Shown piece after piece: positions 37,474-50,700 of a stretch of 64,000 nucleotides of DNA (positions are counted from its first letter, which is position 1; each line of letters starts with the position of its first letter). A model generated the notes under the pieces. The model did no database searches and was not told the DNA's origin. It saw nothing but the letters and a program-made list of their open reading frames with translations. Origin of the DNA: Cyanophora paradoxa CCMP329 (Eukaryota > Plantae > Glaucophyta); assembly GCA_004431415.1 (NCBI GenBank), contig QPMI01000222.1:62001-126000 (forward strand), in the 5' to 3' direction. A program made the translations under genes and the position numbers.

Positions 37474-40400
37474 ATGCCAAGGGAGGCGAAGGAGGCGCCC
37501 GTGTTCGGGCCGCTCCCCTCGCTCGAAAGAGTCCCAGCGGCCCCTTACAACGAGGCAGACCTGCTCGAGGTCCGTCCTGCCCGCCCGCCGGCCGGCCGCG
37601 GCCGCGGCGGCGGGGCCGGGCCGGGCGCGCGCCGGCCCGCGCAGCCTAGGCCTGACGCTCCGCGCCCGCGCGCGCAGGCGGTCGACGATGCCGTGCGGCT
37701 GCTCTCTGTTGGCGCGGAGGGAACGAAGCTGCTGCTCCGGTGCGCCCCGGCCCGCCCGAACCCGGCCCCCGGCCCGCGGCCGGCGCCGGCCCGCGCCGGC
37801 CGACGACGCCACGCGCATGCGTGCGCATGCATGCGCAGGCACTCGGACCTCCGCGTTGAGTGCAAGTGCGCTGCCGCTGTCCCGGCCCGCCCGCCTCGCT
37901 CGCTCGCTTGCCAGTCCAACGTCGACGCACGCGCGCGAACGTAGTCCAGCGATGCATCCGGATTCTTATGCGCTTCCGGTCCGCAGGCGGCTGGACAAGC
38001 TCCACTACCTGTTCCGCGTCGAGCTGGATCTGGACCCGATCCCGCCCGGGCCGGCGGCGCGCATGCTCATATGCCGCTCCCTGACCAAGGCGCGCCCGCC
38101 CGCGCGCGCGCGCTTCGCGTCGTGCTCGGATGTAGGCGGTGCGAGCTCCGCGGCAGGAAGTGAGCGACACGGTGGTGAGCGAGGAGCCGGTGGCGCTGCT
38201 GGAGCCGGCGGACCCGCACGACGAGGACGGGCTGGGCGCCAGCTTCGTCGTGCGGCAAGTCTCCCACGTGTTCGGTGACCATATGAGCGCCCGCGCGCCC
38301 GCGGCCCCCTCGGCGCCCCTGCAGGCGCTTTGCCTCGCTAAGCTCGAGATTTGCGCAGGCGCCCGGCTGGAGGCCATGCTGCTCTTCGCGTGCCGAAGGC
38401 GCGGCGTATCCCCCTCGCCTCCTTTAAATTTCGCGCCCCCGAAACGACGTACCCCCCGAAACGACGTACCCCCCGCACGCACGCCCCGCAGGCTCGCCGA
38501 CGGGTCGGCTCTCTCAGCCAGGTTCGCCTGCGACCTGGACGAGAACAACGCGTGGTGCGCGCGGTCGCGAATTCGAATGCATATATACGCCATGGCCCTC
38601 GGATTCCGCGCCGAAGCGAGTACCCCTCAGGACCCCCCGCGGGTACCAAGACAAGATGCACGCTTGTGCCATGTGGCACGTTGCGGGACCGGAGTCGGGC
38701 CAGAAGTGCCGGTGCGAGCCTGTTCGTGTACGTGTATCCTCGGCCTCCAGCCCCCACTGATCGCGAATGGGGTACCCCACCCTGCAGGCTTACTTACCAG
38801 TTCTACGAGCGCCGCTTCAGCAACTGGATGCCCGACTGGCGTGCGTTGTACCCCCTACCCCTAGGGGCATTGAAAAATATTTCTTCGCTGACCTCGACCA
38901 ACCCTGTGCACGAATATATGCGTACCCCCGCCAGTGACGACACAGTTCCTGGGACGCTTCATTGGGAAGATGGTCCTGCGAGCGAGGCGTCTCGCCTTCA
39001 ACACCTACGCGGCCGTGAGTTGGCGTAGCCCCCTCCGCCACGCAGATTTCGGGCTCAAAGCGGCGCGGGGCGGGCAGATGGGTCCGGAGGCGGCGGCGGC
39101 GCCGCTTCAGAGGCGTCGCGGGAGCTTCGCGCCGGGCTTCGCCTCCGGGTCGGCGGCGGCGCCCCTCCGCTGGAGCTCCGGCGCCCTCGAGGAGGCCGAG
39201 CGCGTCGGCTCCTCGGAGGACGAGGGGGGGTACGGGTACGAGGACGAGGACGGGGCGCGTCGGCCCGATCCCGGCTGGCGCGACGACGACGCGCGCCTCG
39301 TTGTACCCCCCTCCGCGACCCTCTTCGCCTTCCCCCCGCCCCCGCCCTCCCCGGCGCCGGGCTCCTATCCCCCCGACGCCTTCTTCCACGTCCTGGGGGT
39401 ACGCGCGCCCCCTCGGGTACCCCGCCGCGCGCGCTCAGAGGGGTACCGGTACAGGTGGGGAAACCTCGGGAAGAGCTGTCGCGGAACCTGCAACCCGACA
39501 GGGTGTACCAGGTGATCCGGCCTCGGCGCGCCTCTGCAGTTGCGGCCTGCAGCTGACACAGGTTGCGACAGCTGGGCCGTGGGCAGCTTCTGAAGTCATT
39601 CAGCCCGCCAAACGCTGCCGCTCTTCGCCAGGTTCATATGAGCGCATCCCGCGCTCCCGCTCAACCGTCCCCCCTTCCCCCTCCCCCCCCCCCCCCCCCC
39701 CCGCCCCGGCCCCGGCCCCCTTCCTTCCCCCTTCCCCCTCCCCCTCACCTGAGACTGTACCCCCAGGCGGAGGAGGTGATGCGGGCGACTCTCGAGGTCG
39801 GCATCCGCTTCGAGAGCCTCTCGCTCGGCTCCGGGGAGGATCAAATTGTGGAGGCGTCCCCCGAGGCGCGTACCCCCCAATCCAGAGCTAGCCAGCTAGC
39901 CAGCTAGCTAGAGCTGCGGTCCGCCCGCGCCGCCGGGCCTCGGCTCACAGCGGGCGCGCGCGCGCGCATTGGGGCGCAGGCGCTTCTGCCACCCCTCGAG
40001 CCGAAGCCCCGCGCGCGGCCGCGGCCCGGAGGGCTGGAGGAGGAGGAGGCGGCCGTTCCGCCGCCGCTGCACGGGCGGCGCCCCCTGCGGGCGACGGCCG
40101 CGGTTGTGGGCGCGGGCGCGGGCGCCGGCGCCGGCCCGACCCTCGAGCCTCATCCGGTGGCTCAGGCGCCTTTGCCCACGCCGCCTCAGCGGGCGCCGCT
40201 TGCCTCCGGTGCCGGACCCTCGCCGCGGCCTCTGGCGCCGCTGCGCTCCCTCGCGCCCTCGCCCATCCCGCCCCAGTCAGCCGTTCCCGCCCTTCCATCC
40301 CTCAACGTTCAGCTCCCGCCTCGCATTCGACGCCGCAAGAAAAAGGCGCCCCCGCCGGCCCCGGCGCCGGCCCCGCCGTCAAAGCCTGCGAGCGAGCCCC

Positions 40401-40742
40401 TCCCAGCCCTCGCGCCTCGCGCCGCCACCACCGCCGGCGCCGGCGCCCCCCATTCGTTCAGCTTCTCCTACTCTGCGATGGTTCCCGCCCCCGCGGAAGC
40501 GCATGCGGCCGGATCCGGAGCCGCAGCACCGCCGGAAATGGTCCCAGTGTATATCCTGCCCGCCTACTACGTCGTACCCCTCTCGAGCTCGCAGCTGCAG
40601 TCGGCATCGGGGTCTGACGGACTCGCGTACGCGCACGCGTCGTTCCCCTCGAGCTCGGTCTCCAGCGGTGCAAGCGCCAGCGCCAGCGGGGGCGGCTCCA
40701 TCCCGAGCTCGCAGGTGCGCGGCGGCGCTTCCCCGGCCCCAG

Positions 40743-40785
<43 letters not shown>

Positions 40786-40967
40786 CCACCCCCCCGCCCT
40801 CGCCGGCCGGGCGCGCCGCTCACGCCGGGCGGGGGCGCGTGCGCGTGCAGGGCGCTTCGCCGCAGTACCCCTCCCCACCAGGCGCCGCCTCGATCGCGAG
40901 CTCGAGCTCGGGCCACGTCTCGCCGCCAGCCCCCACGCCCATCGCCAGCTCCGCTAGCTATAGCTAG
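37474..40967 (+). CDS. Uncharacterised protein with a possible START/SRPBCC-like domain and a Pro/Ala-rich tail
   Basis: Spliced peptides: LHYLFRVELDLD, FVVRQVSHVFGARLEAMLLFACRRLADGSALSARF, and LTYQFYERRFSNWMPDWLTTQFLGRFIGKMVLRARR, which resembles the START C-terminal W.P.WL + helix. The 3' frame is ambiguous across a C homopolymer near 40750. Confidence 0.5.
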
Positions 40968-41735
40968 CTAGCTACAGCGCTCAGCTGCTAGCATCCGATG
41001 CATATGCCATCATACTGAACCACAGTGGCCATGCATGGTGCTTGCCATGTATTTTATAATTAATATTAAATTTAATGTTGCTTGCTCGGCCGCCGGCCCG
41101 TGGCGCGCGCTAGCTCTTTTTATGTCATGATGAGCACAGCGCTAATATAATTAACTCACTTGGCTTATGAGGCGGAGGATGGACTCTGGGGGAGTGCGGA
41201 TATAGACCAGGAAGGCGTCGCTCTTCCAGCGACCAAGGAGCCGCTGAGCTGATCATGAATGGCGTAGGCCGGCATGCCGGCCTCCGCGGCCGCTCGAAAG
41301 ACACAGAGCTAGAGGAAAGACACAGAGCTCGAAAGAGATCGAGAAGGGACAACAAGCAGAAGAGACCGAGCAGATCTAGGGACAGAGGATGACAGACGTG
41401 AATATTTACGTGTACTCGGGAGCTGCAGCTCACAATATTAATCGACGTTACCGTATATGTAGCACGCTCAGCGCTCGTTTTTGTTACGTTACAATTGCAC
41501 ATAATAGCCTGAACCATAAGAAATCCACTGCCCGAAATCGGAACACGTAAGCTTAAGGTCCGCGCCAGGGGTCCATAGCCGGAGTACTATAGCTAATCTC
41601 TACTACAACAGACCTAGATCTACATCTAGAAGCGCCTTGAAGAAACAGCATACGAAGATTAAAATGGAATTAGATAAGATCCAAGTCGATCCGGGCAGCT
41701 AACGATCGACAGTTGCGCTCAGCATGCGCATCTTG

Positions 41736-44700
41736 TTACAATGGCCAGTTATATCTGTTTGCATACGACCCGAAATCGGAGCACTTTTGTTGCGCGGCGG
41801 CGTTTAGTATGGACGCCAACCAGCAGTAAAGTTGCTTAGGAAGGCTGGCCTTTCGCGGGGGCGGCGGGCCCGTGTACGCGGCCGCCTGCGTCCTGGCCGT
41901 CACTGTCGTCGCGCCGCCGAAGCCGGCGCTGCTCTTCACCCTCGCCGTGCACGTGTACGTCGTGTCGGGCGTCGCGTCCGTGAACAGGAACTCGGCAACG
42001 ATGTGCGGCGGGACGGAGCGGTCCATGTAGTAGAGGTCCGGGTCCCACGAGTCCAGGGACTGCCCGAGCGCGGGCATTCGGGGTTTCACGCGCGGCTGGA
42101 TGCTGAAGTTCATGGGCGCCGATCCGCCCAGAACCTTCGCGCCCGTCGCGTCGGGCACACATGTGACGTTCGCCTCCGTCGCGAGCGCGTCGCCGCTGCG
42201 GCGGTTGTAGACGAAGACGCGCAGCTCCGTCCCCTTCCACGACCCCGCCTCCACGACCGGCTTGCTCGGAGGGGCGACGGCGCTCGCGGCGCCGGACGCA
42301 GGCCGGCGGACGCGCTTGGTGGCGGACCCGGCGCTGGCGCACGCGGTCGTCGCGACGTGGGTGGTGCGGTTGAACGAGGAGCCGTAGACGCCGGCCAGCT
42401 CGTCGGCGTCGAAGCCGCGGCTGACGACGCCGCAGCTGGCGCGAAGCAGCGCCTCGCGGGACACGTCCATCACGCGGATCGCGTACTTTGCCTCGCTCGT
42501 CAGGTAGCGCATCGCGATGTACGACCTGCGACGTCGGTGCTGAGACGGGCGCCGCAGCGCGCCCAACGCTGACGGCGGCGCACCCGTCGTCGGCGATGGA
42601 GACGTAGGCGGGGACGGGGGCGAGGAGGTTGACGAAGGAGGCGTCGACGGGGACGGGCCGCGCGTTGTCCGCCGCCTTGTCGCCCAGCTCGAGATCGTAT
42701 ATCTGCGCGCGGGTGAGGCGCGCGGCGGGACTCGACTTCGACTCTCACGCGGACCTGGAGAAACGTGGTCGTCTTCCACACCGCCACGAACCGGCCTGCG
42801 CGGATACGTCGGCTCAGCAAACGGTCGCATGTGCACAAGACGCGGCGCAGAATTTGAAAGCTGCCGGACCGTTGCGGGAGGAGCGCGGCGGGTACTTCGA
42901 GAAGGCGATGAGGATATCGGGGCTCTGCGGGCGCCCCGCGAGCGCGTCGAACGACTTGTAGCCCCGCGCGCCCGTCGCGTCCACCAGCCACAGGACCGAG
43001 GCGGAGGCGGAGGAGACGTACACGGAGGCGTCCGGGAAGCCGGGCCCGCTCCGCTGGTTCTTGGTGACGCGGTGCTTCGCCTCGCGATACTTGGTGCAGA
43101 CGCGAGGCGGGAAGATCTCGCGTGCTTTCGCGAGCGCCTCTGGGGGGCAGGGCGGGTCGGGCAGCGTGGCGTCGGGCGCGGCGGCGCGCGTCCTCTGCTC
43201 GACGTGCACGGCGCGGCTGGAGTCGAGCGCGCCGTTGACGACGGGGACGGCGTAGACGGCCGCGCGCATGTCGAGGACGGCGACGGAGCCCCAGAAGAGG
43301 ACCCGCCGGCAGGCGCGCTGCTTGGGGCCCCCCCAGGTCGGCACGACGGCCGGGCTGGGCGACGCCCACGCGGTGGACTGCGCGCGGATTCAACGTTGGC
43401 CTATCTGAATGGGCGTGAATTTTAAGTGAGATGGCGCGCACCGTGGCAGACGGGCGCGACGCCAAGAGCACCACGACGCGCTCGCCGAACACGCCGTACG
43501 CGTCGTTGTGAAAAGCGAACCCCCCGAAGAACTCTCCGTTGTACATCGGCCAAGTGACGCCCCCGTGACCGTCGCCCGCGTGATAGAACTGCGCGTCCAC
43601 AATATTTATCCAAGTGAATGTCGTTCGAAGGAGGAGCGTATACGTATAATTACAAACGTACATATGAGAAGCAAAAGACGCAGTTAAGCCCGTCGCTGGA
43701 GAATCCCGCCGCGTGCTGGACATCTGACGTCGACGAGGTTTCGAAAAGGTGCGATTGCATGAGAAATATATGCATGAAACAAAGGCACTCTACACATTTA
43801 GAAAAGTGCATATATAGATATTGCAAGCTTGAAACACGCATCCGCATGCGCTGTGCACATGCTCTACAATAATACGAGCGCGCGCACCATTCAAAAGGAT
43901 GTAGTGACCAAAAGAAGGTAGTGTCCATCCATCATTGGGCGGAAACGTGTTCCGGTGTGCAGCGTTCATCTCAAAAACGGAAACCGCAGTACTCGCGACT
44001 GGCACACCCTGCAGCATATATAGTCAAATCAGAGAAGAACATCCGAACGGCCGCGAGTGTGAGCGGTGCGAGCCTGCTCGAGCGGGTAGACGACGCCGGC
44101 CATGGCGGCCCAGGCCGAGCCGTGGAACGCCAGCGGCTCGACGTGCTCTTGCGCGCTCGGGAAGTACTGAGCGGGCAGGCGGAAACGCCCTCCAGCGTCG
44201 GTCGGCCCGTCCGTCGCCTCCAAGCCGAAGGACAATTCGGGGTTGGAGGTGTCTTTGCGGCCGAGGATGCGGTCGAATCCGCCCGTCGGGGCGGCCTCGG
44301 CGGCGCCCATGAAAGGCGCGAACGCTTCCGAGAACGTGACGTCGTAGGGGCCTGAGGCATCCGCAGTCCATGGTACTGCCGCCGCATCGGTCCTCCACGT
44401 CCTGCGAGCAAAAACGTAGCTTCAGCGAACAATAAAAGCCGTACTAAGGAATCGAAACGGAGAGACCATGTCTTGGCAGGGGCGATGCGCGAGGGCTGGT
44501 TGTCCACGCAGCGGCCGTCGCCCGCGAACAGCGTCCCTCCCGTCGCGCTCAAAGCGAGCAGGTCGCCCGTCGGCGGGTGCACTCCGAAAACTTCGATTTC
44601 GCAAAAGGCACGATCGATATCAGACTTCCAATGAACTCGGACCGCAGATAATTTGAAAAGGCAAAGCCGCACAGCGGTAGTTCTTCGAGCCGTCGTTGCA

Positions 44701-47700
44701 GTCGGAGCACAGCGCGCCGTCCACGCTTGTCGCCCTGCAGCCATGACCAGTGAGTTTTGTTCGCGCCTTGAGTGAACAATGAAACGCCGCACGACGCAAG
44801 CGTGCATGCTATTAGCCCGCTCACCTTCGGGATCCGTCGTTGCCGAGCGTGTGCTGCAGGGTCTTCAGGCCGGTCGGCCTGATCACCTGCGTGGCCTGTG
44901 TCCGGTCCCACCTGTAAGCGCTCACATCCCCGCTGGGGGCCTCGTCGACTCCCCAGTACGCGGCGCGCTCCTGGCCAGCGACCAGGACGTGGCACATGGT
45001 CGGGCTCCTGAGAAAGAGCGCGCGGTTGGGGCCGAGGCTGTCGCGGGTTGCAGAGGGCGCGTCCATCTTCTCGATCCACGACCACGCCGCGGGTGCCGGA
45101 TCCAAGAACGAGGCGTCTCCGCCGTTGGATAGCTCCGCATCCAGGACGCTCGGTCCCTGTATACGTAGAACCGGCCGAGCGCAATGAGAGGAAAAGCAGC
45201 GACGCAAAGAAAACGAATCGAAGCGCGGGACCTTCTTGCGGAGCGGGGTGCCCGTGGCGACGCTCTTGAGCGCCAGCTGCGCGAAGTTTCCGGCGTCGTC
45301 GGCGGCCACGAGGAGCGGCCCGGAGGCGAGCTGCATGTGCCGGACGGTCCGCACGCCGCCCGACAGCGACACCACCTCCGCCTGCGCATGCCGCGCCAGC
45401 GCGCTTCAGAGACACGAGCAGCTGCAAGAACCAAGGCCTTCGAATGCTCAACGGGCACCATCTTCGTTGTCAGGAGATCTTGCGGCGCGCGTAGGTCGTA
45501 GAACTGGATGGCTCCGGCGGAGGCGCCCACAGCGACGAACGGCCCGCTGCCGATGATCGAGATCTGAGCGTTGACGCCGGGAATGAGTGGGACCCGATGA
45601 GCTGCGGCCGGAACAGCTCGCTCACCGACATGGCCTTGCGGCGGAGATCAAACCGCGAGCCGGTGTAGTCGACGCCGCAATCCAGCTCCGCAATCGTGCT
45701 ATTGTTTATATGACAGGTATCGATGGCCGTCGAATTTGTATCAGCGCTGTATACGTAGCATCAAATAGAATGGAAACAGCGCACCGGTATCCGTGCCCGG
45801 GGAGGACTTTGGGTAATTCATTATATGGATACTCTATGAACGGCATGAAAACCAGCTGCTGGCGGATGCACACGCCGCTGTACTTGTGCATCGCCTTGCG
45901 GAGCAGCAGCGCGCCGTAGCCACTAGAGAAACTGCCGTCGCTGTTCGTGTTAACGTTGACGTCGTGCGCGTCCTTCGCGATTCCGATGAGAACAAGGTCC
46001 GGGTCCGCGGCCTTGACGTTGTTCACGTCCTCGTTCAGAAAGTCGGGGTTCGTCCGCTTCGTGAAGACGCACGGGGCCGAATTGAAAAGCTGAGTCTTTG
46101 CGCGCCAAGCGTTGGAGCCGCTAGGATCCCAGCAGGTCAGAGATGCAAAGTTCTGCTCCAGCGGCTCCAACTCCCGTGCGACATCCCCGTAAATCCGCAA
46201 GACACTCTCTTCGAGAGCACCGCTGGTCCATCGCAAATCATCCCTGCGCAAGCATGTATTCAACGCTTTTAACACGCTGCATTTGATGTTCAAAAGAGAG
46301 GCGACCGCACCTGAAGAAGTGGTACGAGACGGCCGGGCTGATATCGCCGAAAAGCGAGAAGGGCTGATACGAGTGGCCCGGCCCGTGCACCTGGAAGACG
46401 CCCCCAATCCAGGAGCAGTTGTCGGCCACGTCGATGTCCGTAATGCCGAGCCATAACGACATGATCCCATGCTGTAGATCCTGGATCTCGCCCGCTTGAT
46501 CTCTCTGCTGCTTCGATGCCAGCACATCGGCAGCCGATTTGCTCGCGTCCTTCAGCACCGACATTGGTATGAGGATGACCGTCAGCGTTTTCAACATGTG
46601 GTCCTGAAAGCCGTCGAACGTGTAAACCGCGCCTACAGCGAGAAACTCGACGCCGTCGCGGCTGCACGTGCGCTGCGAGACAGCGATGGGGTTCGGGAAC
46701 TGGTAGCCGAACGCCATCTCCGCACGCCACTTCCCGGCTTCATCATCGGTTCCGGGGTTCTCCGTCAGTTCGACTGGTGTCCACGGCTCGATGGTGAAGT
46801 GGCACAGCTCGGGCGTGCTCGGCAGATACCCTGCCGTGCCGTGCCGAAGTAAGCGATCAAATCCGGCGCATTCCAACGTTTCTGCCGTGTCATTCGGACC
46901 TTGGTACAGGGAAGCGGCGTCGGCGAACGCGAGCTTGCCGCGGTGGATGCGCATGACGTTGCGGGGCCTCGCGGCCGCCTTTGCCGTCTCCGTGTTCCTG
47001 AAGATGTCTTCCACGCCGCGCCACGGCGTCGCGTTGAACGTCTCTCCCGTGAAGAACAGCACGAGGTCCGACGCTGACGCAACGTGAGATGTGGTTTCAT
47101 CAGTCTTTGGACGATATATATATAGCTGAGCATGTACCGACGAACACGTCGTGGGTCTCAAGCAGGAAGCTGCCCGCCCCCTCCTTCTTGAGGCAGCCGC
47201 GCTCCTCGGGGCGCGACTTGCTGTACACGAAGACCGTCGAGGTCGTCCTCGGCAGGCACCTGGCGACGGAGGGGGTCGGCAAAGGGTCGGCAATGAAGTG
47301 GGAATGAAAAGGGAAGCGCTAGCGCTCAAACCCATGCAAGCCCATGACCGGGATTTCAGCTAACGCTAGCAATGAAAGGGTCGGGCGAAGGAAATAGAAC
47401 GTGAGCTGCAGCACTCGAACACAGGATCTGGTCCGGATTCAAAGAAACGCACCCGATGCCGTCGGCGTCCTGCGCACCCGATGCCGTCGGCGTCCTGCGC
47501 AGAGGTGCTGCATACAGGGACCTCGGGTCCAAGACGTCGGACGTGCATCTGGGGCGGACGGGAGTGTGAGAGGCTCGCGTGCCACGGTGTGCAGAAACGA
47601 CGGTACACGAGTGCTGGAAATTAATCGGCCGGCAATTTCTTTCGCAGCAGTATTCTGCAAAAGATCTAGAGCACTCGTTACTGCCACGGACGGTGACTGC

Positions 47701-50700
47701 CACTATTTCGGCAAATTTTGACTGCCACTATTTCGGCAATTTTTGACTGCCACTATTTCGGCAATTTTTGAACGCGAACCAAGACGTCGCCGTAGTCGTC
47801 GATGAAGAAGCGGACGGCGCCGAGCGAGAAGGCCCAGAAGCTCGTCTTGTTTGCAGAGCCGGCGAGCACGTCCCTGATCGTGTAGACGAGGTTGTTCGCG
47901 TCATCAAAGACGTGACCCAGCAGGTGCATCTGGTCGGGCGGCGTCGGCCGAGTGGGATCAAAGAGAGATCTAAAACGGGCCGCGTTCGCACCTGGAATGT
48001 GTGGATTGGGCTTGTGGGCACATCGACGAAGAGGTTCGTCGGGGCGACGATGCCGATGCCGGCGAGGAGCGTGAGGGTCCCGCGGGGAGATGTCGCCGTG
48101 AAAGTCTGCCGCGCCGTCGGCCGCGGGTGAGAATTCGAAAGCAAAGGGCGCAGAGCTAGCGCTCAAGGCGGCCGATCCCGCCGCGCGCACCTGGAAGTCG
48201 TAGAACGAGCTCTTCGTGGCGAAGTCCGCGATGGTGGCGCTGCCGACCTCGAGCAGCGACCGGCGGCGGGCGGAGGCGGGGGTGGAGCCGCCCGTCCAGA
48301 GGTAGCCGCTGGCGCTCGACTCGAGGACGGAGCGGAGCGTCGACTCGGCGGCGGTCGTCAGCGCCGCGTTCGTGCCGCTCCCCGCCGACGCGAGCGCCTC
48401 GATGGCGAAGAGCAGCGCCGACTCGGGGTCCGATCCGCCGCTCGAGAGCGCCGCCGAGATCGTCTGCCGGTCCTCCGCCTCTGCCAGCGCCGCCTGCGCC
48501 GCAACGAGCGCCTTGGCCGTCGCGTTCTGCGCTACTTGCGCCGCCACGAGCGCCTTTGCCGTCTCGTTCTGCGCCACCTGCGCCGTGACGAGCGCCTTGG
48601 CCGTGTCGTTCTGCGAGGAGATGGCCAGCAGCTCGTTCGACTTGGCGATGGCGCTCTGGCTCTTGGCCTCCGCCTCGGCGGTCATGGCCCGCACGAGATT
48701 CGCAAGCGCCTCGTCCCTCCGCTGGTCGGCGAGCAGCGACGCGTTCAGCGCCCTCGCCGCGTTGAGGATCGCCAGCGCCTCCTGCTCCTTGGCCCGCTGC
48801 GCCTCCTCCGTCGCCCGCCGCGACTCCTCCGTGGCCCGCCGCGACTCCTCCGTGGCCCGCCGCGACTGCGTCTCCGCCTCCGTCTTCTGCTTCTCCGCTT
48901 CTATCCTCTGCTTCTCCGCTTCCATCGTCTGCTTCTCCGCTTCGGTCTTTTGTTGGGCGGCGCTGACTGCGCGAGCAAGACGTTCAGAACACGCTGACTG
49001 AATTCGAAACACGGATCGCACTCGCGAAAATAATGGACACAATCAACGCCGCCAGGAGCACTGGACGCGCGAGGGCGTCAGTGGCAACACGCAGACCGAA
49101 TCGCACTTTTTAATTTGGATTACCGGCCGCGATGGTAGCCACGACGATCGCAGTCGTCCGCCGCTTCTGGACCTCCTGCTTAAGACTGTTGTGGATAAGC
49201 ACCACCTGCCGCCGGCGCCAAGCTCGTTAGATGGCAGGCCCACAATCGGAAGCGCGCCCTCAAAGCGGGCACGCCTGCTCGGGTGTCGGCTTGAGGAACG
49301 GCGCGCCGGCACCGGCCGCCGCTTGCCGCTTGCCGAGGTGCGCCGGGACGCCAGCGTCCCGGCTGGACCCAGGCCGCGACGGCCAGAGGCGGGAGAGGGA
49401 GGTCGGGATGTGGAACATGTCCGCGACCTGGCAAGCGAAGCGCGGCACAGCGTCAGCTGCAGGGCCGAGGCGACCGGGGCCGTCGAGGGGGAGCTAGAGC
49501 TCGCCGTGTAGTTGGCCTTCTTCGCCGCCTCGGGGTCCGCCTTGCGCAGCCACTCGAACGCCTCCTCCAGCGCGAAGCCGTGCTAGCGCGCTCTCAGCGA
49601 GAGCACAGAGACGGAGCCGATCGCGAATCGAAGCAAACAAAAGCAACTGACGCGAACCAGGAGAACGGCCTCGGCCTTTGTGCGGTTCTCCTTTGGGACG
49701 TCGTTCAGCTGCACGCCCTTCTCGTCCATCCACTTCGTACCCGCGTCGAAGCCCAGCGCTGCCGGCGGACGCGGCTCAGAGGGCGCTTTCGAGACGGACG
49801 GGGCCGGCGCCGGCGCTGGCGCGCCTTCCTTGTACTTGTCGGCGCGCAGCGTGAGCTGCGTGTGCAGCCGGGCCGCCTCCGCGTCGAACTGCGTCCCGGC
49901 GGCGGCGGCGTCGGCGAGCGGCGCCGGCTCCGAAATTCCGAATTCTCGAAATTCGAAGCGCACGCGGATGGCGGCCTCCATGTCGTCGCAGGCGCGCACG
50001 AAGGCGGGGTCGGCGGAGAGCTTCGGCAGCGCCTCCGGGCTCTGCTTGTGCAGCGCCGGGAACGGAATCTTCTGCCTGCGCGCGCGCGAGCCCGGCCCGT
50101 CTCCGTCCGAAATCTAGACGGAAATCTAGACGGAAATCTAGACGGCCGTGCATGCGCACCAGGAGTTGACCGCTTCGAGGCACATCTTCTGGCGCCTGCG
50201 TAGCCGTGCAGAAGGCGTGAGCAGCAGAACGACGGGCTCTGCGCGCGGCGGGCGGGGCGGGGGCCGTCGGACCGGAGGAAGCCGCGCTGGGACTCGGTGG
50301 CGTCGTCGTCGAGGTCGTCGGGGAGGGGCGGGACGGGCGCCAGCTCGATGATGACCACGCGCTTGTGCTGCGCGCACGCGTACTCGAACTCGTCGATGCT
50401 GCGCCCGGCCCCGCAGGGCGGGGGCGCCGTCAGCGCCGGCGCGAGAACGCGCGCGGGGGCCGCGAATCCCCTCACCAGTATTGCGACTGGATCCAGTCTG
50501 CGATCGAAGGGCTTCAGAGCGCAAACGCGACAGACGCGGGCTTGGCATCACACACCCGGAGTCAGCAGGACCAGCATTGTCGACGCGCCCTTGATGGCTG
50601 AGCGCGCGCGCGTGAGGCCAGGCCGGGGGCGCGCGGGGCCGTGCCCTATCGAATGCATATAATCCAAGCACCGGCGGCGATGGCCTTGCCCCTGAAGAGC

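Noticed and set aside
41736-47335. Separate viral or mobile insertion (larger exons, lower GC)
   Set aside because: Same strand and intron style as the TIR gene, no independent start or integration hallmarks, and it ends with the motif expected for the scaffold's C-terminus.
47695-47771. CRISPR-like 25-bp repeats
   Set aside because: The repeats abut with no spacers, lie in a eukaryotic intron, and no cas genes are present.
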